The translations under genes were made by a program, and so were the position numbers. A model generated the notes under the pieces. The model worked only from the letters and a program-made list of their open reading frames with translations, searched no databases and had not been told where the DNA came from. 64,000 nucleotides of DNA from the human T2T-CHM13v2.0 reference genome, Homo sapiens: NCBI RefSeq assembly GCF_009914755.1, contig NC_060926.1; one strand, given 5' to 3'. Shown piece by piece: positions 1 to 64,000 of the stretch (positions within the stretch are counted from its first letter, which is position 1; each line of letters opens with the position of its first letter).

Positions 1-98
1 CCCTCTTCCTTGTGTCTGTAATTTGTGGGTAGGACTAGGCTTTGGGATAAAAGGGCAAACATCTTGTCTGCAGTTAATGGCTTCCGCAGGCCCAGAAA

Positions 99-118
99 AT
101 ATATATATATATATATAT
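99..118. repeat. (AT)n microsatellite
   Basis: Read directly from the sequence. Confidence 0.9.
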
Positions 119-894
119 TTGGAGGTAGAAATTGAGGGCCAGGGCTTAGCATAAACATTTCAGAGATTCCTGTTTCTTCTACAATTCCCTGGGGAGCCAT
201 AGACAAGACCGGTTTTCTTGTTTAAGAGGGAAAAATGTGTTGGAAGAAGGTCTTAGGCTTTTTTTCTTTAACTGTTGCTATTCCCAGCTCTCACTTGAGA
301 GCTGTTTTTGTATGTAGGAAAATCACTAGATTGATTAAAAATGGAAACATTTAGATCAAGCTGTAATTTATCTTGACTGTAAGCAATCATGTAGACAGGG
401 TAAGAGGAATGAACTCAACAGTCTTGCTGTGTTGTGGCTGGTTGTTGACTCTGCTTCTGTGCTGTCCCTTGGTCAGATCTGTTCTCTCTCCACTGTTTCT
501 GTGCCCCTTTAACCTTTAAGAGCCCATCCCCTACTCTCACAGAAGGAGTTTGTGTTTTGTTCCTTGGGCTTTTGCTGAACTTTCTTTTTGGCAATTTCTG
601 CACATGAGTCAACTCTTTGAGAGGTATTTGTTTTAGCAGCAAGATTACCTGGTGACAGAGGTTATGCATATATGCTGTGAAACTAGACTTAAGAAAAAGT
701 TGGCTGTTTTGTGGCATGATTTTAACTGTATTTTTGCTTCCTCATCTCCCAGTTTATTTATTAAAAAAAAAACCTAATGGTAGTTCTTGTGCTGGCACCT
801 ATAACTGATGTTTATCCCAGATATAAAAATTATATTGGGGGCTACTGACTACACTGAAAAACCTCCAAAGATAGAGTGATCTTCTAAAGGAATA

Positions 895-906
895 TTTATT
901 TTTATT
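895..906 (-). terminator. Distal polyadenylation signal, tandem AATAAA-AATAAA
   Basis: The + strand reads tttatt tttatt at 895-900 and 901-906. U/GU-rich sequence lies downstream on the minus strand (tttggaggtttttcagtgt). Confidence 0.75.
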
Positions 907-1536
907 TAAAAATATGATACATCAAAGTAAAGCAGTGACATTTTAAACAAGGAGACGTATAAAATATTCCATAGAATTCGGTAGGAGGGTAATTTGCTTA
1001 AGTTCACTGTCACTCTGGATGCCAGGAATAAAAACCATCATCATTTTCTTCCTCTGTGAGCATCAAGTACGAAGATGAGAAATTTTAGTTATAAATTAGT
1101 GAAGTGTTAGGATTTAAATTTTACTTAGAAATTAAAACTTCTCCAGTGAAATACCTTTTATCCATTTTGTTCTGCATCTTGTGGAAGTCCTGAATTCAGG
1201 GATGTTATTATATTTTCCGAGTTTGCTTCTTCAGGTCAGTTCCAATGTGGTTTAGAAGGAATTTATTTTCTCATATCCTCCCCATAGATTTCTCAATAGT
1301 ATAATTTTCTAGGGGATATCTGGTTCATTTTGGGAATTCTGGAAAATTTTGCTTACTGTTTTTTACAAAATATTCACAATCTAAAATTTCTGACAAAATT
1401 AAAAATACCCTACAGAAACCAGCATATTGTACAGCAATGATTTATTACTATATAATAAACAACCACCTTTAGGCTGGATATGAAAATAAAAACCAACACA
1501 AATATGGCAGATCCCCATTTTCTAAAGAAATATATC

Positions 1537-1542
1537 TTTATT
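1537..1542 (-). terminator. Proximal polyadenylation signal AATAAA
   Basis: tttatt on the + strand. A GU-rich downstream element (ttgtgttggttttt) lies at ~1488-1502 on the minus strand. Confidence 0.6.
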
Positions 1543-1982
1543 GACCTTTTCCATTTTCTTACAAAGCAGTTAAAAACTCATTCTTACCCTTGCATGCTAT
1601 TCAATGGTTATGATGGCTGCCTCCTTATGAGACTGTTAGTGGAGCTCTAGTAAGTTTCCTTAAGCACCACAGAAGATCATCATTGCTTGGTCCCACTTTT
1701 ATAGGAAAGAATCCAAGTTTCACCAGATAGTGTATACTTAGCTCTCTTGAAGAAGACCAGTTTAGTGGATTAATGTCTAATTTACATATAGTAATAAAGA
1801 CAAACTTTGAATCTTTACATATTAAATGCCCACTTTATACCATGGTGTAATTGTTTGAATTATGGGTGAGTGTACAGTATAGAGATGTAGATGCACTAGA
1901 TATATCTATAAATAAAATAGTGCTTTAAGGTAACAATATTCTTTGGCTGACTTAAATGCCTGTGGTTGACTCTTAGAAAAGA

Positions 1983-57368
<55,386 letters not shown>

Positions 57369-57790
57369 TTAGTATCTGCTGCGGGGAAAGTAACAAAACT
57401 TTAGCAGTGAGCACAAGCGAGGAAAGGAGGGTGGGAGAGGCTGAGGCTCCACCATACTCAACTTCCAATCTGCTTTCTCATCTCCCCTCCCCCTCCTGAA
57501 CCTTCTCGGTAGCCAACGAACGAGGCAGCAAAGACGTAAAAACTGCTGTAGAATTGCATTTCACGTTACTCCATCCTGCTACGCTGTTTACATACAAAAG
57601 ACATTCAGCGTGCATTTTATACTGCACCTACAAAGCAGGCTGCAGAAAGAGGGGGTCGAAAGGAAAAAACAGTAATCCATTTCAAAGGGGACGGTGCATT
57701 TCCTGCCCCCCAGTCCCACACCCCGGGGGATGGAGGTGGGGCTGCAAAACTCTGTTCTCTAGAACGTTAAGGCTTTCCCAGTATACTCAC

Positions 57791-57831
57791 CTTGAGCTAG
57801 CAGAGTTCCTTGCACAGCACAGCAAAAATAC
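57791..57831 (-). other. EFEMP1: EFEMP1 non-coding exon 2 (41 nt, 5' UTR)
   Basis: ctcacag|GTATTTTTGC...CTAGCTCAAG|gtgagt, with a consensus donor. Matches my recollection of the EFEMP1 5' UTR (…CAAG-ATTCACAATG). Confidence 0.8.
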
Positions 57832-58089
57832 CTGTGAGCCAATATGAATTGCCTTGGCCTCAAGCTTTTTATTTTTTAAACAAAATAACAAAACAAAACT
57901 CGGAGAGCAATCTTCCAGTTCTAGTAGAATACTAGACCTTCTCACATGTCTCAGAGCTTCTCACATCCCCCAGCACAAACTCTCAAAGTGGCATTTCCAC
58001 GCCTTTCTCTGCGCACAGCTTTGTTTAAAAGTCCCAGGTTGTGTGGAGGGGCAGCCCAAAGCGACTGATTCTCTTTTGTCTTATCAGTC

Positions 58090-58930
58090 TGGGTCCCCGA
58101 CACGCTACCTTCGGTTTCAGGCTGCCTAGGACCGGAACCAGGGATCGCACCGCAGCCCGAGGTACCAGTTTCGGGCGGGCGGCCTGGCCCGGCAGGGAGA
58201 TGAGGTCCCCTTTCTTAACAGCAAGCTAACGCGGCGGTCCCCTGGAGCTGCTCAGCGTCCCAGCTTCTAACCAGCTCCTATGGAATCCAGGTGCGGCTTA
58301 AATCTCGCACACTGGTCCCCTAAACTTTCAAAACCACGTTTATGGGCAAAGCCCTGCCGGCTGGTTGTCGGCGCGCACACACATGCCCATCCCAACAGAT
58401 GTCACCCGAGTACTCGCACTTGCTGACAGATCGCATTCCGAGGCTGCACACCTCCACCTCCCTCTCTGCCCGAGACACCCTGCACAGTCCAGGGCAGTTC
58501 TCGGGTACTCAACACCCCTCAGCTCACCCCACCTCACTCTCCCGCGCGCGGCCCAGTGAGTACTGGGCTCGCTCGGGGCGACCCCCCGTTGGGGGCTCCT
58601 ACCTGTGCGGCCGCGCTGCGTTCCGGGCCCGGGCAGCGAGGGGAGTGCGCAGGGGAGGGCAGCCCCGTGGGTCTGATCTGGCGAAGTCCGGCAGCGGCCG
58701 CGGCGGCAGGAGGAGGAGGAGAAAGGGAGGGAAAGGGGGAGGGCGAAGGAGGGCGGAGGAGAGAGCTGAGGGAGGCGCGAGCGCTGAGCCCAGCGTTGCG
58801 AGCCCGGCGGTAGAGCGCGCAGCGCAGCGAGGTCCGCGCCCCCTGCTCCAGGGGCCCTCTTTGCCGCCCCCGCTTGCCCTCCCTTGCCAGCTCCTCGTTT
58901 CCCAGACTCGCGGGGACCCCACGCCAGAGA
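58090..58930. promoter_or_regulatory. CpG island / TATA-less promoter of EFEMP1 with a GC box and a purine-rich tract
   Basis: CpG density and GC content rise sharply against the AT-rich flanks (gcggccgcggcggc, gggcgg at ~58751). Overlaps exon 1. Confidence 0.9.
58603..58680 (-). other. EFEMP1: EFEMP1 non-coding exon 1 (5' end/TSS approximate)
   Basis: Donor GCACAG|gtagga at 58601-58602, inside the CpG island. The TSS cannot be determined exactly from sequence. Confidence 0.65.
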
Positions 58931-59619
58931 GGACACGTTGACATGTGATGTCCTGGATGCGCTTCAGCCTTGGGGATGCTCCCACTCTCTAGTGCGTTTT
59001 CTTCTTCTCTGAGGAGGGGAACACAGCATCTCCCTCAGAGACCAGAGGGTTCTAGAAACTGCTGTTACTTTTTTTCCCAATAAGTGAATGCTAGGAGAGT
59101 AAATTAACCCCCATTCATAGAACTGTTTCCTTTACCTTTTCTTTCGGATTTTTTTTTTTTTTTGAGGAGGTGTCTGCTTCCACAAATGGAGAAAAATGAG
59201 AATTCATCCATTCAACAAATATTTGCCACCTACTGTGTGCTTAGTGTTGGGAATAGGCCAAATAGAACTTGCACTAACAAAATTGTGAGGTGGGGTTTGT
59301 TTTATGGTCTCTCAAACCTCCCTTTATGATAACAAGTGTTGGCAAGAATGGAGAAAAGGGAATGCTTGTATGCTGTTGGTGGAATGTAAATTAGTACAAA
59401 CATGATGGAAAATTGTATGGAGGTTTCTCAAAAAACTGAAAGTAGAATTATCATATGATCCAGCAATCTCATTTCTGGGTATTTACTGGGAAGATTTGAA
59501 ATCAGTGTGTTGAAGAGACGTCTGTACTTTCATGTTTATTGCAGCACTATTCACAATTGCCAAGATATGGAATCAACCTAAGTGTCCATCAAGGGATAAA
59601 TGGATAAAGAAAATGTGGC

Positions 59620-59776
59620 ATATATGTGTGTGTGTATACAAATATAATATATATTATATATATAAACACATATATATATAAAATATGTACACACATATAT
59701 TTTAGATATATATGCGTTTTTAAGGCTAAATAGTATTCCATTGTGTGTGTGTGTGTGCGCGCGTGCATGTGTATAT
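59620..59776. repeat. AT-rich/(TG)n(CG)n alternating purine-pyrimidine tract within L1
   Basis: atatatgtgtgtgtgtatac...; tgtgtgtgtgtgtgtgcgcgcgtgcatgtg. Confidence 0.9.
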
Positions 59777-60148
59777 GAGCCCATTCTTCTGAAAAGTATC
59801 TTTCAAGCCAGGCAAAAATGGCAGTTCACTTGAATAATTTGTATGGTAAATAGAGAAGACTTACAGTTTGTTTTAGATATTTACTCCTAGACATTTAATG
59901 TTAGTGTACTATCAAGTAAGCCTAGACTGAGTTTAGCTTCACCACTTGGCTATGTAGCCCTAAGCAAGTTAGACACTCTCTTTGATCTTCAGTTCTACCA
60001 TTAATAGAAGGAAGATGATGCCACTTACCTTACACATTGCTGCAAGGATCAAAGGAGATCGTGTCTCCACAGCGGGATACTCAAAAATAGTTATTATCTT
60101 GTCCTTTAACCATGAATTATTAGGCATACAAAATTTAAAAGAGAATAG
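59777..60148 (+). repeat. Local duplication, copy B (inferred derived copy, inside L1MA upstream of the promoter)
   Basis: Direct repeat of 55427-55798 at an offset of exactly 4350 bp. Confidence 0.97.
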
Positions 60149-60416
60149 TATTCCATTTTATGTGTCTGTGTGTATGTGTGGAATACTATTTAGCCTTAAA
60201 AAAGAAATTCTGTCATTTGTGACACCATGGATGGAAGTGGAAAACATTATGCACAGTGAAATAAGCCAAATGTAGAAACACAAATACCACATGTTCTCAA
60301 GTATCTGAAAGTAACTTAAAACAATTGAACTCATAGAAGCAAAGAGTAGAATGGTGGTTACCAGAGGCTAGGGTTGCAGGGAATGGAGAGATAACAGTCA
60401 AAGAGTGTAAGCCTCA

Positions 60417-60703
<287 letters not shown>

Positions 60704-61699
60704 GAGAGGAAAAGTTTGATTTTTTTAAAGTTCAATTGCACGGTGTCGTGAATAAAGCTGATAATTGAGTACTGTATATTTCATTATCACTAAGAGAGTA
60801 AATTTCAAATGTTCTCATCACAAAAAATGTCAAATATTTGAGGTGATGGATATATTAATTAGCTTGGTTTAATTATTACACATTGTATTAAAAAATCATA
60901 ACACCTTGTACCCTATTAATATATACAACTATAATTTGTCAATATATAATAAAAAGTCTCCCTTTTTATGGGTTTCTTTTTTCATCTATAGCTTCTCTTT
61001 TCTTCACTTATTGACTTAGTGAAATCTCCAATACTGCTCATTCAAAGTTGGGCATTTCACTTTCACCTTTCATAGTGGAATTTCAGGAATCTGGAGAGAA
61101 AAATCTTTTTTTCTGTTTTTATCAAATCATACCACACAAATTGCAGTTACCTCTGAAGGCTCCAACTCTAAAGTCATACTAATAGCTTGCTTCCAAGGCA
61201 GCTGTCTTCTAAGAAGCAAATGGCCAAATACAATTTCATGAATGAGAAAACTTACAAACTGAAGGGGTTAAAACTTTGACTCTGTCCTTGAGCAGGAGGC
61301 AGAGCTCAGGAGGAGAGGAAAAGCTCCTTTCCTTTCCTGCTGACTCAAGGTGGGAGGGTGGTAGCGACTGCAGGAGAGGGAGGTTATCAGGTGGAAGCTG
61401 CTCTCTTTATCTCTGGGGTATCCAGTGTGGGTTACCTAGACATTGCCAGTTTGGTAGCAAGCCACACAGTATTGGACAAGATCAGAGGGGAGGTGTACAA
61501 CCCTCCCTAAACCTTACTTGAGTATACAGAGTTTTGGTAATTGTATCAAATATTTTTACTATCAAAATTCTAGTGTTTTCCCCCAAGTCATTAATGACCT
61601 CCAGATTTTTTTTAAATGGATCTTTACTTTTTGTACAGTAAGAAGATCTGTGCACATGGTTTTTCCTGTTTCTCTTAAACTCTTTCTACCTGTTCCCAG

Positions 61700-62130
61700 C
61701 CACTTTTCCAGAAAAATGGGGTGAAAACTCTCAAATTTATATCTCCAGCCTGGAACTGTTCCTATATATCCAGCTGCCAACTTGCTATCTTCATTTGGAC
61801 ATCTAATGGATGTTTCAAACTGAACACAACTGCTGTTATCATCCCCCAACCTACTCCACCCACCTTCACCATCTCAGTTAAAGCAGTTTCATCTTTCTAT
61901 TTGCTCAGATTCAGGACCATGGAGTCATCCTTGATTTCTCTTTTTCTGAGATATCCTGCATTCTATCCTTCAGGAAATTCTGTTGGCTTCACCTTCATGA
62001 TATATCCAGAATGGAACCACTTCTCATCACCTCTTTTGCAACCACTCTGGTCTAAGCCACCACCATTTTCCAACTGTATTATTGCAACATCCTCCTAATT
62101 GGTCTCCTTGTTTACAACCTTGTTCTCCTG
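61700..62130 (+). mobile_element. L2 fragment
   Basis: caaatttatatctccagcc, tttggacatctaat, ggagtcatccttga, catcctcctaattggtctcc. Confidence 0.72.
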
Positions 62131-62149
62131 CAGCCTTTTTGCAGTGGGA

Positions 62150-62876
62150 GTTCATATGAATGAAATCATAGAGTAAATACTCTTTCGGGTCTGACTTCCT
62201 TCACTCAGCATGTTGCTTGAGATGCATCCTTGTTATTAGGTGTATGAGAAACACATTCCTTTTTATTGCTGAGTAGTATTCCATTGTATGTATATACCCT
62301 GATTTGTTTGTTTACATCTTAATAGATACTTGGATTGTTTATGAATAAATCTGTTACGGACATTCACTTCTAAGTCTTTGCTGGGATATGTTTTCTTTTA
62401 GATAAACGCTTAGGAGTGAAATTGCTGTCATATGGTAGGGGTATGTTTAACAGTATAAGAAAGTGTCAAACTGTTTTATAAAGTGAGTGTGTTATTTTAT
62501 GTTCTTACCAGCAATATGTGAGATTCAATTTGCCTGAAATCCTTGCCAACTTCTGGTATTGTCAGTAATTTACAATGTTAGCCATTCTGGTGGGTGTGTA
62601 AGTGGTATTTCACTGTGGTTTTATTTTACATTTCTCTGATGTCCAGTGATGTTGAATTTTGCTTTTCGTATGCTTATTGTCCATCAATATATTTTATTTC
62701 AAATTTGTGTTCATTTCTTTATTTTTTGGTCTTATTAGTTGTAAGAGTTTTTAAAAATAGTCTTCCTGCAAGTCCTCTTCAGATTTACATTTTTCGAACA
62801 TTCTTTCTAGTCTTTGTCTTGTCTTTCCAATTTGTTAATGCTGTCTCTTGAGAGCAAACATTTTAAATTTTGATAA
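62150..62876 (-). mobile_element. Old L1M fragment
   Basis: ccttcactcagcatg, tttttattgctgagtagtattccattgtatg, ggagtgaaattgctg, tagccattctggtgggtgtg. Confidence 0.8.
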
Positions 62877-63269
<393 letters not shown>

Positions 63270-63314
63270 TAAAATTGCTCTGAGCTCAGAGGAATCTGAG
63301 ATTTTAAAGATTTG

Positions 63315-63568
63315 GGCTGGGCACGGTGGTTCACACTTGTAATCCCAGCATTTTGGGAGGCTGAGGCAGGTGATTCACTTAAGGCCAGGAGTTCAAAACC
63401 AGCCTGGTCAACACAGCAAAACCCCTTCTCTACTAAAAATACAAAAATTAGCTGGGCATGGTGGTGCGCGCCTGTAATTCCAGCTACTCAGGAGGTTGCA
63501 GTGAGCCAAGATCACGCCACTGCACTCCAGCCTGGGTGACGGAGCAAGACTGTTTCAAAAAAAAAAAA
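63315..63568 (+). mobile_element. Alu (old AluS/J) with a ~40-nt right-arm deletion
   Basis: ggctgggcacggtggttcac...; ctcaggagg joins directly to ttgcagtgagcc. TSD aagatttg. Confidence 0.9.
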
Positions 63569-64000
63569 GGAAGATTTGAAGATGTATGTGGTGACAAACT
63601 CATAATTTTAGAAGAGATTCACAGATGTTGATGATCACACACTGAGCACTATGATCTATGTCTCTGTATCCTTTGGAATGTGTGTCTTAATCAAACATGT
63701 ACTATCAGTGTGGCTGAGTCTTAAGAGTGCTTAATCAAAGTGTAGAGTAACTGTGTTCAACGGGGACCCACAGTGGGCATCCCTGGCATGCTAGAGACCA
63801 AGATATGAATCACAGAATTAGCCCACAGTTTCTGGCCATGTATCCAAACCAGGCAACATTTGGGTCCACTTGATTTGTGAAAGTATATTCTCCTAGGAAA
63901 CTGCTGAAGGAGAAGCCAAGGCTGGAACCAGAATTGATGGAAAAAACCCTCTCCTTCTTACAGAAAGAATTCATTTAAAAACACTAGTATTCTTACTGAA

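Larger units (their letters stand above)
880..1982 (-). other. EFEMP1: EFEMP1 3' UTR (distal end approximate)
   Basis: AU-rich sequence after the stop codon, ending about 15-20 nt past the tandem AATAAA at 895-906. Confidence 0.75.

Noticed and set aside
58340-58985. Several long overlapping ORFs (128-199 aa) on both strands
   Set aside because: They lie in the CpG island, where stop codons are scarce. The products are low-complexity Gly/Arg/Ala/Pro with no recognisable domain.

Overview
This is primate (human-matching) genomic DNA containing the whole EFEMP1 (fibulin-3) gene on the minus strand. Ten coding exons can be placed at AG/GT boundaries, from the ATG at 57332 to the TAG at 1983-1985. 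They sum to 81+49+387+123+120+120+120+124+196+162 = 1482 nt, or 493 aa plus stop. As read here, the translation matches the canonical human protein as I recall it, including Arg345. There are also two non-coding 5' exons, a CpG-island promoter (~58.1-58.9 kb), a 35.9-kb intron and a 3' UTR with proximal and distal AATAAA signals. The rest is the usual repeat mix: Alu, L1, L2, MIR, MLT1/MLT2 LTRs, MER5/hAT elements and microsatellites. I found no new protein-coding system. The structure the standard features do not explain is a set of local templated-insertion scars in AT/TG-rich microsatellites. (1) A 372-bp, 97%-identical copy of intronic DNA sits inside an L1 4,350 bp away with fold-back junctions, and the two copies flank the promoter and first three exons. 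(2) A 71-bp inverted copy sits in a (TA)n/(CA)n tract in intron 8. (3) A palindrome cluster interrupts a MER5A. Also notable are a 43-bp-stem hairpin in intron 5, a rare GAG acceptor on the ATG exon, a microsatellite abutting the exon 8 acceptor, and an in-frame poly-Leu read-through into the last intron. Repeat subfamily calls and boundaries are by eye and approximate.
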